Positions 24,998 through 39,596 of a DNA stretch of 64,000 nucleotides are shown in pieces. The notes under the pieces were generated by a model. The model searched no databases and was not told the DNA's origin. It was given only the letters and a program-made list of their open reading frames with translations. This stretch comes from Octopus vulgaris (Eukaryota). Both the position numbers and the translations under genes were made by a program. The stretch is taken from contig OX597814.1 of the NCBI GenBank assembly GCA_951406725.2, forward strand, positions 31,372,001 to 31,436,000. The letters run 5' to 3'. The first letter of the stretch is position 1, and the number at the start of each line of letters is the position of its first letter.

Positions 24998-25219
24998 ACA
25001 ACTACAACAAGAACAAGAGCAACAAGAACAAGAGCAATAACAACAACAACAACAACAACAACAACAATAATATCATCAAGATAATCAGCAGTAGCAATAC
25101 TAAAGATTAGAAGTAGTCATGCAGTAAATTCTCGCTCTTTCATGTCATATACCTGTCTGTATATATGTAAGTAGTTTTGGATATATACATATGTATACAT
25201 ATAGGTATGTATGTATGCA

Positions 25220-25263
<44 letters not shown>

Positions 25264-25369
25264 CGTACACACATGTATATACATATGCATACATATATAC
25301 ATATGTATATATACATATATGTATATATTTATGTATTTATACATATAGATATATATATATATATGTACA

Positions 25370-25409
<40 letters not shown>

Positions 25410-25454
25410 TGTACATATCTCTCTCTATATATATACATATATACATATATATAC

Positions 25455-25508
<54 letters not shown>

Positions 25509-25529
25509 AAATACATACACACACACACG

Positions 25530-25627
<98 letters not shown>

Positions 25628-26265
25628 ACACATATATACTCATGTATATATAAGAACGAACTAAATTTCAGTAATCAGTTCCGCATTGGTAGATGAATTA
25701 CGCCCATTAATATTATAGTGCTCTCATTACGAAAGAATTAGTTTCATGCGAGTATACTGGTAATTATTAAATCATAGTTTGTTCAGTGTCAGGGCCAAAA
25801 AACTGCACATATCACGTAATGTGGTAACAGACGAAAGAAAGTCAAAAGACTGAAGAGGAATGAAGTGTTCAGGGCATGTAGTTTAGGGTGCTGACATTAA
25901 AGTTTGACTGGCTAAAGAATATTTGAGCTGACTTCGGAAAGTATCAGAAATTAGAACGGCTTCCATTTAATAAAACTGTTGCTCACAAGGAATTAGTGCT
26001 AGTAACAACTCCTCAGATATTTGATCGGGGACTTGAAGATATCCGTGATTAATACAAGAAGAAAATATGAAGATCGTGAATGAACGTTGACATGGATAGT
26101 ATACATGATAAGTAAAGGAATGGTTACAACGGCAACATCACCGCGGTCGATACTTACTCTGCAGTAAAGAGAGAATGAAAGCCTATTGTGTATACTCAAT
26201 ACCCAGAGTAATGATATGAAACTAAGTAAAAAGTTCCTGCGCTGGTACTCTGCGTGAGCAGATAA

Positions 26266-26660
26266 TCTTTATATATAAAAGTGAAGTTGTGTGTCTGTCT
26301 CCTACGATTTAGATTCCTAACCACTCCTACATTTTGCGGTGCAGTGTAACCAAAAGCGGGTATCTTATAGTCGTGATTCATATCGAGCCCTTCTGGGTAT
26401 TAACGCGCGTCTACGATGAGTCTACGATTTTAAAAATAATTTACCATTATTTTTTTCCATTTTAATGCATTTGTTTCGCTATTATATAAGGGAAGTAACT
26501 TTCTAAAAATGTTTACGATGAGTCAACGATTTAAAAAAAATTACCATCATCTTTTTTCCATTTTTAATGCATTTTTTGCTAATTTTTGGCTATAACTCTC
26601 TAAAAATGCTTTATAGTTATTTCCCTTACAAACCCGAGCAACGCCGGGTGATACTGCTGG
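26266..26660 (+). mobile_element. Non-autonomous Helitron, copy 2
   Basis: A|TC...CCCGAGCAACGCCGGG...CTGG|T; highly similar to 7226-7621. Confidence 0.85.
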
Positions 26661-27456
26661 TTTCATATAAACAAAACTTGACTAATCTACTTAACTAGAG
26701 ATTCGGAAGAAAAAATACTCCTTATACCAGCAGAACATTGTGTATGGCTTCAAATTTCCGCGTTAGTAGCCTCAGCTGGATTTGTGATAAATGCATCACT
26801 CCTCACCTAGAGGACTAGGCAACTGCATCCTGTAACTACAACCATCTACTGAATGCACGATCAGCCAGTGGGGTTAGGATACATTTAAGATCTCATACTG
26901 TGATTGAAATAGTGATTATGTCTTGCCAGTGCAGAAAATATCCTTATCATAATCAATTGTCCGCAAGATATTACCTTCCATGATACTACACACAGTCACT
27001 AAAAGTGTCTATAATACTATGCACAGGGTTGATAGTCCTGGCAGACATACTGGAGTTGCTTTTGAACCAAAATGTACTTAAGCCTTAAAAGCAAAGCATA
27101 CTAATACAATATTCCAACCCAGAGCAAAGACAATGGCCCAAGTATTGTCCCATGGGGGAGGGGTCAAAAGTCGTGTATTACTGATGTGAATATACGTTAA
27201 CAGGAGAAATGTTGAATATCTACGGAAACCAATTGAGAAACTTACGACTTTTATATGTTGGCTGTAACTTTTCATTTCTACCTACTGTGATATTTAGCAG
27301 CAGATTCGCCTAAAATCCTAATGATACAGGGTCTCTCAAAAGAAAACAAAATCCTTCGATTAGAAATGCAGTGGAATTTTACAAAATATACCAGGGATTC
27401 TTTGTTGGAGGTTTCTGAGCTTAAAGCACGTGCATTATCGCACACACCTGCGCGCG

Positions 27457-27575
<119 letters not shown>

Positions 27576-27774
27576 AATATACTAACACATAGATATATGC
27601 ACAACAATGGAGCACAAACACTTGGGTACCATATACCATGTGTACTCGCTTCACGATTGGAAGTTTAATCACATTTACATACATAGACACATATATGAAT
27701 ATTAAGAAAACTTTATAAGGGCGTTTCGGTGATGTGTCACTAGCAACTATCTTCTTAAAATTCTAGCATTCATA

Positions 27775-28270
27775 TAGAAGGTACATTCCAGGAGTTTTCA
27801 GACGTTTTCAGGAAGGGAATTTATTAATTTCAAAGAAGTAAATAATCTCTGATGTCCTTCAATGTATGATCCTCTGACTTCATACAGCCATCGTGAAGGC
27901 CTCATGGAAGTCCTCCAAAATGAAGGCGTCCAGGATTCTTGTCATAGCCTCATTCATCTTCAAATCGATTGCCTCCAAGATTCTCCTACAGCCTGAAGGA
28001 CGACCAAAAGTCACAGGGAGAAAGTAGGGAGGGTGAGGTACAGTTTTTATGTAACTAAGATCAAGAATTTAGTTACAGGGATGCTCTGCAATGCACACTC
28101 GGGAACAACCTTTCTACAAATTTTGTCTATGTTCAGATATCTATGGATAATTCTGTATACAGTCGATACAGTAACTCCAAACTGCATGCTTATCGTTTTT
28201 GTAGATACAAGACGATATTAGGCCAAGAAAATTGCGAAAGTTTCGACTGGCTCAGATGTTCCGACGTTCC
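27775..28270 (-). mobile_element. Decayed mariner-derived remnant
   Basis: Minus strand PHPPYF..P.DFW-like segment at about 28000-28037 (cf. YSPDLAPCDFW) and EMNEAMTRILD. Confidence 0.45.
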
Positions 28271-28349
28271 TCTCCTTCTACAACTTCCATCGTCTATTTT
28301 CTCCTCTCTACTGTCCTAGAACCTCTTGCTCAAGCAGTTTGGAGCTTTT

Positions 28350-28493
28350 CTGTGTGTGGACGCCCTCAGACGATGAAGTAGGCTAGCCCAATACGTAGAT
28401 ATATAGAGAGAAGCCTAGACGTCAGGAGAGAAGTTGATTAGAGCAGAGTAGTAGAGGCATCCGAACGTGCCACATAACAGTGGCGACGAGGAT
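28350..28493 (+). mobile_element. Possible short Gypsy-type LTR followed by a primer-binding site
   Basis: TG...TAACA end at 28479, then G TGGCGACGAGGA, a PBS-like motif common in invertebrate Gypsy elements; no internal ORF. Confidence 0.4.
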
Positions 28494-28893
28494 TTCGGTG
28501 CTCACACAGCCACTGTGTAGTATTACGATATAATATTTTCATAAGGTTCTGTGGCGTTTTTGCTCAGTTTAACACAAAATATTATTGCATAGCAAATATC
28601 TAAACGACTGCATTTCGTAAATTGTTGTAACTACCGTCTCGTTCAACATGTTAGCGTATTAGATGTATAGCAATGATATAGTAATATTACAATAATCTTG
28701 GATAGTTAAAACTACCACCACTCAAATGTCTCAAAACATCTGGAATGTTCCCCGATCTGTATAAGGACATGCATATGCACAGGCATATCTACATGGTCAA
28801 GAATTTCGGTTTGGCTTCGGGTTCAGTCATCTATTCTTCTACTATAACACCGACCCAGCCAATGTCTTGTGTGGTGTGTGAGAGAGAGAGCGG

Positions 28894-28954
<61 letters not shown>

Positions 28955-29205
28955 GATGGACAGAAGACTAAACAGTACACACTTAAAACATAAGAAATGG
29001 GATGGCTTTTTTCGACTAAAACTTTCAAGGCAGCAAACCAGAAGGGGCGCAGATCCATGACTACGGCAACTAGGAGATAAATGATTCATATTTAGGTACA
29101 AAACACAAACATGCACAATTAAACATTTACTGAACTCTAATGCATATTTATCTTTTTTGTTGCACGCACAAAATTTCAAATGAGAGCACAAGCTAGCATT
29201 GATGA

Positions 29206-29247
<42 letters not shown>

Positions 29248-29456
29248 CACGCACACACACACACTCACGGGCTTACAGATGCTATTGTGATTGCGCACTT
29301 ACAAATATGAAGCTCCGTGCAAAGTGTATGGTATTAATGTTAGGATATATTCAGAAGAAGTGTGACATGTAGGATGAAGAGAAAATAGCAAAGTTCTTTT
29401 CCAAGTAAACATAGATAAAATAGTTAACCATATACATATACTAGCGTATACATATG

Positions 29457-29535
<79 letters not shown>

Positions 29536-29675
29536 TGGTATATATGTGTGTGTGTGTATATATATATATATACTTATATAAAAATATATATACACACATA
29601 TATCTACATATATACATATATTTCTATAGGCATAAGTATATTTATATATATATACTTGTACGTATATATACTTTG

Positions 29676-29727
<52 letters not shown>

Positions 29728-30295
29728 TGTGTGTGTGTGTGTTTGTGTGTGTATGTGTGTGTCTATATTCACACACGTACATGTAATTTATCAATCATTT
29801 TTTCCACGATGTTCCAATTACATTTTGACAAGTAGCAAAATGTCTTAATAAGAAAGAAATACAAGTCATAATTATATAACTGCAAAGAAATGATTACTCA
29901 ATAGGAAAAGTAAATAATTGTGAATATAAGGAGGGAATAATTAATTTTTTAACGTTTGATTTGATTGAGAGAAAAAAAAAGAAGAAAAAATTGTAAAAGG
30001 CCTTTAATTTATATGTTAAATGCTAATATCGGCAATTTAGTCAAGGTGAAAAAACCAGTTGATTATTATACGGTATATATACATATGCTTATAGACATAT
30101 ACACATGAATAAACACACACACGTATATATACATACATACATGCATGCATACATACATGCATGCATACATACATACATACATGCATGCATGCATACATAT
30201 ATATATATGTGAATATATGTATATATATATATGTAGTAAGGATTATGTATATATATATATATATAAATTTATATATATACATGTATATTTGCATC

Positions 30296-30353
<58 letters not shown>

Positions 30354-30453
30354 TATATATTATGTATATATATATATACATATATATATTACATATATAT
30401 ATATATATATATATATTACATATATATATATATATTATATATATGTATATATA

Positions 30454-30536
<83 letters not shown>

Positions 30537-30748
30537 TACACAGACATATATCTATTATATGTACATACACATATATAAAGAGTGGGTTTGTGTGAGAGAG
30601 GAGATACCGAATCGAATAGAAAGTGTGTGAGTTTCTCTGTATATATGAATACCGATGAATATGTATATATATATATATATATATATATGCATATTGTCAA
30701 TAATACAGAAAACAAATTCCTAAAGAAGGATCTGTAGTTTATTATCAG

Positions 30749-30786
<38 letters not shown>

Positions 30787-31044
30787 CACACTCACGCGCG
30801 GGCACACATAAACGTATATTATATACGTATGCAGAGGAATGTATCCATATGTTAGTGTATGTGTTGATAATTGCGTTTAACATATATTTGAATACAATTT
30901 CCAACCAAATTAAGAGGATATACAAAGAAAATAGACGTAAAACCTGGATAATTTCAACTTAACCACTCCAACTCTTTTCGCTCTGCGGCTAAGTTACATC
31001 TTTCTCTGCTCTCAGTCCGACCCTCTGTCGCTCCATTTCCTCTC

Positions 31045-31076
<32 letters not shown>

Positions 31077-31152
31077 CACGCACACACACACGTGTGTATG
31101 TATTTGTACAGAGGGTTATCTGTACCTATATACATATACATATATATACATG

Positions 31153-31247
<95 letters not shown>

Positions 31248-31302
31248 AAAATATGTGAAGATACCCTCAGGAACGCATAAGGTGTATACGGTTATACATA
31301 CA

Positions 31303-31346
<44 letters not shown>

Positions 31347-31972
31347 CATACATACATACATAAATATATATATATTATGATTATAATGATGTATACATGT
31401 ATATATACATTCATAGCTTATCACAATTCGCGTGTGTGTGTATATATATGTCTGTGTGTGCATGTATGTACGAGAGAGAGAGAGAGTGAAGGAGAGACAT
31501 ATATATATATATGAATATCTATAAAAAGATATTTATATGCAATATATAATTATATATGTCTATAATTTATCACCACGTAAAAGCTTTACATTTTCTGCTA
31601 AACTTATATACATACGTGTCAGCAAATACACGAACTCTCTCTCTCTCTCCCTCTCTCACGCACACACGTACACACAAACATGTATGCGCATATGTATATA
31701 TAATTATAAATACATATATACATTTAAACGTGTGTGTATGTATACATACTCAAGGATATATATATATGTTTATTGTGAATGTTAATACAAATATGTATAA
31801 TTCTTTTAATATAACTGTCTAAAATACAATACTATACACACTATGAAAAGATAAACAGGTTCACACTTGTGCATCCATCCATCCATCCATCCATCCAGCC
31901 ACCCATTCATTTATCCATACAGTTATGCATACACACACACTTATACGTAACATATTTACCACATACATACAT

Positions 31973-32038
<66 letters not shown>

Positions 32039-32054
32039 CAATATATAGATATAC

Positions 32055-32135
<81 letters not shown>

Positions 32136-32680
32136 CATTATATACACATATATATTACAAACTAATACATACGAGTATATATATATATATATATATGATT
32201 TTTTTTATGTGTGTATGTGTTTTTGTATCTGTGAGCGTATGTGCACATGTGTTTGTGTGTGTGTGTGTAGCAACAAACATTGATATATAAAAATATTTGG
32301 AAGTCTGTGTGTAATATGCAGCGTGTCTATATATGCTTATACACAATTTTATATATACGAATATCCATCCATAGGGAAATATGCTCCTATAAATTTATCG
32401 ATAGTTTTCAATTTGTGTAGAGAAAATATTTTAAAAAATGAGATATATATATAAATGAATAAAAAATGCGGCAAAAAGATGAAAGGAATTTACGTACAGA
32501 AATGCCATCTTAAAAAGTATTACAAGCCAAAATAGGAAAGATGTAATTTTCGTATATTTGGTCATAGATATTAATATGTGTGTATATATAAATGAAAGGA
32601 CTATATAGACATATCCACATTCATTTATAACACACACACACGCACCCGCACCACACATACATACATACACACATATATAT

Positions 32681-32719
<39 letters not shown>

Positions 32720-34479
32720 GAGAGATTTATTATATATATAAATTATATGTACTTATGTATAAATATATATTTATGTATATTTTTATGTATATATATATAT
32801 GTTTATTTATATGTACACACACAGACATATATATTTATATATATTTATATGTATGCACACACACACACACACACACACGTACACGCACACATTCACATAA
32901 CTATCGCTATTTTATTACATCCCCACTTACTCTTATAAAAAGACATAGATTTCTTTGCCCGCCTTGAAGAGTGAATCTATATATTATAACTAGTTAATTA
33001 CTACTTACTTTTCCCTGTATTTAGATAGAATCTGTCAGTCATATTTATTTGTCCATACTATTTTGTTATCGTTATTATTATTGTTATGAATACAATATTT
33101 GTCTGGAATTATTTTCTCAGATCAATTTGACATGGGAAGATTGCTTTGCGCTTTTTTCTTTTGCCTAATTTTACTTACATTAAAATAATATCTCTATACA
33201 TGTGTGTGTGTGTATGTGCGCGCGGATGTGCGCGTGTATGTGTGTGTAAGAGTGTCTTGTTTTCTATTAGTGTATTATTTGTTTATCTATTTGTGTGTTT
33301 ATTTATAGAAATAGACATACAAATACAAAAGCTATATTAGACTAGATATGTATTTATATATATTTATACGTATACATACACTTACTGACACACACACACC
33401 TACACATATACATATCTGTGTATACGATGTGGGTGGGTATGCATGTATTGGAAGAGCCAACGCCAAGCTGTAAGTGTTTTATGAAATTACCTGTGTGATA
33501 CACATAGGTTTCCATGCAAGTGTTAGTGTGTGTGTGGGATGTCTGTGTTTTATTATTTCTTATAATTGTTCTATCTCTCATTTTGTATGATTGTACAATC
33601 GCACTTCTGTTTAAGAATGTGTGATCTTGAAAGATAATTAGTTGGGTAGGGTTTCTTAGAAGTATACTGACTTGTATTCACTTTCAGAGAAAAAAAATCC
33701 ATAGGTGGTAGCTGAAGAATAAAAAGAAATTAGATTTAAGTGAATTTCGAAAGAACAAATGTATTTTGGGAATAAGCGTTTAAGAATGGAGCAGTAGGCA
33801 CATTAATAGATACCTCCTTGGCTAAGGTTCAAATGATAATTGATACAAAAAGTTGGAACAAAAAGTGTTTATCAATTAAATATAATACCAGTGGAATATA
33901 TATCGGAGTATGATGAAGAAAGACAATGCAATAGAGAAGGAAGAAAATGATAAGATAATGAAGAAAAAAATATTGAAATAAAGGGTAAAGAAATTTGGAA
34001 TTCAAACAAAATTGATATTAGTAAAAGATTTGAAAAAAAAGAGGTAAAAAATATGAGCACTAAGCAAAGAAGCAGAAATAACGGAAGATTAGAAGTGAGT
34101 ATGAAAAATTAAGAAAGAGAATTCAAAGGGAAATTTTGGAAATAAAAATATTACATTGAAATAAATGAATAAAATTTCTTATAAAAATTATGATGAATAA
34201 AATTTTTAAAAAGGAGTAAAAAAGAGAAGAGGAAAAATATAGAAATGGATTATTAATGGAAAAAGAAACGAAAGGCGACTAGGGTACATGAAAGTGATGT
34301 GATGGCAATGATGAGGATGATGAGAAAAAAATGAAGGAGGAGATTGCACTCTGTATCATAAGTGATAACAACACCGTTTTAACTAGCACATTGTGTGTAC
34401 GTGTGTGTAAACTTCTGTGTGAGTGTGTGCGTGTTTTCGCATATATGTACATATATAAACATACATGTACACATATACT

Positions 34480-34620
34480 TTTATTCTTTTAGTTGTTTCA
34501 GTCACTTGACTGCGGCCGTGCTGGAACGAATCAACACCAGGTCTTATTCTTTACGCCTAGTACTTATTCCATCGGTCTCTTCCACCGAACTACTCAGTCA
34601 TGGGGACAAACACAAACACT
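34480..34620 (-). mobile_element. SINE family A, 3' half, diverged
   Basis: TTGTTTCAGTCACTTGACTGCGGCCGTGCTGGA...TACTTATTCCATCGGTCTC. Confidence 0.75.
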
Positions 34621-34681
34621 AAAATACACGCACATGCACACATGCATACATACATACATGTAAATACATATACATACATAC

Positions 34682-34742
<61 letters not shown>

Positions 34743-34789
34743 AGGAAAATATTACTGTGGACAAGGCTACGTGGCGTTCGATTATAAAT

Positions 34790-34852
34790 GATTACATATG
34801 GCGGTGCCCAAGCATGGCCACAGCTCGTGAGCCGAAACTAGATAAAATAAAT
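34790..34852 (+). mobile_element. Isolated CR1-group LINE/SINE 3' tail
   Basis: GGCGGTGCCCAAGCATGGCCACAGCTCGTGAGCCGAAACTAGATAAAATAAA; same tail as 63552-63612 and 60684-60746. Confidence 0.75.
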
Positions 34853-34859
34853 TTTTAAA

Positions 34860-35011
34860 AAATATATAAAATACACCACATACAGGACATCATCAATGAG
34901 AGAAAAATACGTAACGTAAACACATAATGAGAGACTAAGTATATATATATATGTATATATATATATATGTATATATATATATGTATATATATATATGTAT
35001 ATATATATATG

Positions 35012-35058
<47 letters not shown>

Positions 35059-35420
35059 ATAATAATATTTTCCTTGTATATATATATGAACTATTTTTAC
35101 AAACAGCGAACGACACAAATGGAAAACAAGACAAACTACATAGAGAACTACCCTTCATCAGTTGTTGGCTGTTTTCTACTCTCGTATTTCGAGCATTTAA
35201 CAACAATATACGCTATCGATAAAACAGTTGCTCCTGCAAATTAAATAAAATTTGGGAATTTTGCGGAGAGTCAAAATTGGTAACACAAACAGAACAGTGA
35301 AAACAAACAGGAAGGACTGTTAAGCCTAAACATGGTTGTGGTGGCGAACGCGTAAATCAAGCTTGGACAGGAGACAGACAAAAGCTACAACGGAGAGAAA
35401 GAAACACACTTTTGGAGAAG
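34860..35420 (-). mobile_element. Dispersed repeat family B (possibly Penelope-related)
   Basis: Shares GAGTA...ACAACTGA(T/A)GAAGGG, TCGT.G.TGTTTG.AAAAA and GATGTCCTGTA blocks with 52020-52300. Confidence 0.5.
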
Positions 35421-35792
35421 AAAGAAATATTGCCGATGGACAAGTGGGAGCCATGTGAGCAAGGGAGGAGAAGGGAGGGATAGCGAGTGACAGAGTAATA
35501 GGATAGAATAGGGGAGAAGAGGAGTTAAAAGAATAAGAGAGAGACAGAAAGAAAAACGAAAGAGTAAAAAGATCGTATAGAGAGCGCATCAGAATTATTA
35601 AGATAAAACTTACTTGGAAGAGGATGCGTGGCATTTAATCATATAATGATATAAATAAGAATTATAATTACATTTGGTCAATCCAGAGCTATCTATATTG
35701 TTAAGAATTTCTGTTAGCTTGCTTTCTCGATTAAAACACGTTGTGCAACGTTGTGCTTATTTTTAAAGTGGTGAGACGATTTATAATAACGA

Positions 35793-35855
<63 letters not shown>

Positions 35856-36045
35856 AGCTGAAGAAAAAATAGTAATCCTGTCTCGATGTAGTTTTGTGAA
35901 GCAGTTGATTAACAAGAACAGTGCTAGGTGGGCGTCGATTTTTTCAAACTGGAGGAGCTTAGACCAAGGATAAGGACGTCCTCTTTTAAGGTCACCTGTA
36001 CATTGTGAACTAATGAAGGTACGTCTGAACGTACGCCCGAAAAAT

Positions 36046-37416
36046 CGAAGATGTATATATAGTTATATATAAAGGTATATACATAATAAAGTGATGCAAT
36101 GAATATTGGTAAATATGCTATGTTTTCACGAAGCACTTTTGTATCATGTGACCAAAATGAACAATCAACTGACATAATTTACAAAATAAGACAGAGAATT
36201 TTGTTCACTAACAAATCTTGTGCATTGCGTCGTAAATGATGTTCACGAGGTCATATGTGGGTATTTAACCATTTCATGAAACATAGATGTGTAAAAAATA
36301 TATATTTCTAAAATTCAAGATCTTGGAGGTGAAGTGAAGAAACTAAAACAAATATAGATATAAATGCAAACAAAGGAATGTTTAAAATAATTTTATGGAA
36401 ATTTATGCGATATCTTATTTGTTGCCTATCTTGTGCATTGCGAATTATTCGAGTCGAAAAAACCGATCAGTGTAGAAGTCCAATATTTTATGCCTCTCCT
36501 GAGTGTTCGCTCTTTTGTATGTAGATTTTCTCTTTATAATAAATAACCTTCCAGAAATGCATAAGTGCATCCACTCGGATGGACTTGTGTAAGTACACTG
36601 TGTGGGAATTACCCATGGCATTGAGGTACCTACCGCCACAGGAAAGAACTGCACCTTAAACGCACCTGACAACTAATACCTCACACCATAAACCCCATAA
36701 ATCTACATTGGACACAAGACAAAAGCAAAAGGATAAAGCCAAAATTTGAACCCCGAAAACGATCAGCAAGGCCTGTGTACATACACACATCCACTAACAC
36801 GCAAGCACACATACGGACGGTCACACATAAGCATGCGCGTGCGCATACACACGGGCACACACAAGCACACACAATCTTGTCGGTGATTCTCACTCTTATC
36901 TGCTTCCATAAACTACACACACCTACACACGCATACAAGCAAAAAGATCGCAGACAAGCAAGAACGGCTTCCGTTGCAATGAAGGATAGATTGTCACTGA
37001 AAAGGTTGCGATTGGCGACGACAGAAATTTGACAAGAAATTACAGTTCTTTTAACTAAGAAGTTAAACAAACGATCAATTAATTAGTTGGATCGGTTAGT
37101 TAACCGACTAACTAGCAATAAAGGAGTGGGATTGAACCGATGAATGTGTTGTTAATAATAGTGTAATGACTCACCCAAGACACAACAAAATTTGTTTCGA
37201 TACACGATTTCTTACAAAAAGTCTTGCAAACCAATTACAAAAAAAAACGAAGATGTTTATATACTTATATATATAATGGTATATACATAATAAAGTGATG
37301 CAATGAATATTGGTAAATAGCACTTTTGTATCATGTAACCGAATTAAACAACCAGCATAAGTCAACTGACATAATTTTGGAAATGAGACAGACTTGGAAT
37401 TTTGCTCACTAACAAA
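36046..37416. repeat. Diverged direct repeat pair (about 170 bp; 36046-36215 and 37248-37416)
   Basis: CGAAGATGT...GGTATATACATAATAAAGTGATGCAATGAATATTGGTAAATA...TCAACTGACATAATTT...CACTAACAAAT occurs in both. Confidence 0.85.
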
Positions 37417-37967
37417 TTATTTGTAATTATTCTACTGAGCCAACGGAGTGAGATCCACATGACCTCACACATAGAAAATGTAAAAGTGTAGAATGCCATT
37501 TTTCTTTTCAAATACAAAACAAAAATCTATATAAAACTATATTTTAAGCAAAATTATGAAAACCTTTTCTAGTGTAAATGAAACGCATATGATCTACTTA
37601 AAAAAATAACCCGAATAAATATAAATATAAATATAAAATAATCTCAAAATAAATGAAATGATTGCGAAAGATTAGATAAAGGAAATATATTTCCAATTCA
37701 TATAATTAAATGCCTCATAATTAATTATCAATTTATTAAGATTTAGTCCTTAGATCAAAATTACAGTTGCCTAATTAAGCAAGATGAGATGTACATTAAT
37801 TTGGGTGGCAGGAATATTTCAGTTGGCAAAGAAGTGATATTCTCGGAAGTTGCGTAACGCACGCTCATGCACACATGTATACATACATACATACATACAT
37901 ACATACATACATACATACATACATACATACATGTATTCATGATGAATGCATTCTTATGCATACACAA

Positions 37968-38011
<44 letters not shown>

Positions 38012-38294
38012 ACACACACATACTACCATATGCACATATACTTCGAGTAGGCATAATTCACGCACGCTCAGAGATATATAGATATATAATTGAAGCAAAA
38101 TATAGTTACACGTTATATTACTTGCCAACAAAAGCATTTACATCCACAGTGGCATGGCCATCTAGAAATTATTATATTTTAAATTGCGTACCTTACGCTC
38201 TTGAATAAATCACAAACTTACATTGAGTCCCTCGCATACGCTGATAGAGGAACTTGAATCAGCGATATCATATATATGTATATATATTTCTTTC

Positions 38295-38709
38295 TTTTTC
38301 TTTCTTTTACTTGTTTCAGTCATTTTGACTGCGGCCATGCTGGAGCACCGCCTTTAGACGAGCAACTCGACCCCGGGACTTATTCTTTGTAAGCCCAGTA
38401 CTTAATCTATCGGTCTCTTTTGCCGAACCGCTAAGTTACGGGGACGTAAACACACCAGCATCGGTTGTCAAGCAATGCTAGGGGGACAAACACAGCAGAC
38501 ACACAAACACACACATACATACATACATATATATATATACATATATACGACAGGCTTCTTTCAGTTTCCGTCTACCAAATCCACTCACAAACATTGGTCG
38601 GCCCGAGGCTATAGTAGAAGACACTTGCCCAAGATGCCACGCAGTGGGACTGAACCCGGGACCATGTGGTTGGTTAGCAAGCTACTTACCACACAGCCAC
38701 TCCTACGCC
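38295..38709 (-). mobile_element. SINE family A, near-consensus copy
   Basis: Full reverse-complement match to the 14723 copy. Confidence 0.93.
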
Positions 38710-38713
38710 TATA

Positions 38714-38775
<62 letters not shown>

Positions 38776-38789
38776 TGTATGTATGTATG

Positions 38790-38829
<40 letters not shown>

Positions 38830-38833
<4 letters not shown>

Positions 38834-38958
38834 AGCAGAGTTAGTGTTTATATTAAGCGAGTATGGGATAAAATAACCGTTTATACCATCGGTATCAATT
38901 ACCCGTGTTATCTCATATGTATGTATGTATGTATGATGTATGTATGTATGTATGTATG

Positions 38959-38994
<36 letters not shown>

Positions 38995-39076
38995 AGCAGA
39001 GTTAGTGTTTATATTAAGCGAGTAGGGGATAAAATAACCGTTTATACCATCGGTATCAATTATCCGTGTTATCTCA
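38830..39076. repeat. Tandem duplication of an 86-bp unique segment (period 161 bp including microsatellite)
   Basis: GACAAGCAGAGTTAGTG...GTGTTATCTCA at 38830-38915 and 38991-39076, with two mismatches seen. Confidence 0.92.
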
Positions 39077-39151
39077 GGGCATGTACATGCAGACTAACTA
39101 TGCTCTTGGAGTACAGGTAACGACAGAATAAACAGAAGATTATCAGGAAGC

Positions 39152-39329
39152 AGAAAATGAAGAAAGACTAAGATCAATAAATAAAACAATTAGACCGCAT
39201 TTAAGGTTTATTATTTAATAGAAAGCGTCACAAATATCGCATAAATGTCATGTCATGTTTTGTAATAAAGTATAAGCTTTAAATGTGGTCTATTTGTCTT
39301 ATTTGCTGATCTGAGTTTTTCTCGATTTT

Positions 39330-39331
<2 letters not shown>
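39152..39331. repeat. Imperfect inverted repeat, MITE-like
   Basis: Left arm AGAAAATGAAGAAAGACTAAGATCAATAAATAAAACAATTAGACCGCATTTAAGGTTTAT versus right-arm reverse complement AGAAAATCGAGAAAAACTCAGATCAGCAAATAAGACAAATAGACCACATTTAAAGCTTAT. Confidence 0.8.
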
Positions 39332-39387
<56 letters not shown>

Positions 39388-39524
39388 GTAAGTGCTTCCG
39401 CGTGAATAAGAGATTTTCTTACAGTTTTTTTAGTAATGCTGGTGCTAACTAGCACCCTTACTCTCCTTAGTGACGTCTATACTTATGCCTTTTGGATGTT
39501 GTAAATTGCAACAGAGCTGTCTTA

Positions 39525-39596
<72 letters not shown>

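Noticed and set aside
26700-27420. Possible integrase or RT remnant (KDNGPS-like motif at about 27130)
   Set aside because: A single short motif with no supporting neighbours; it cannot be assigned without a profile search.
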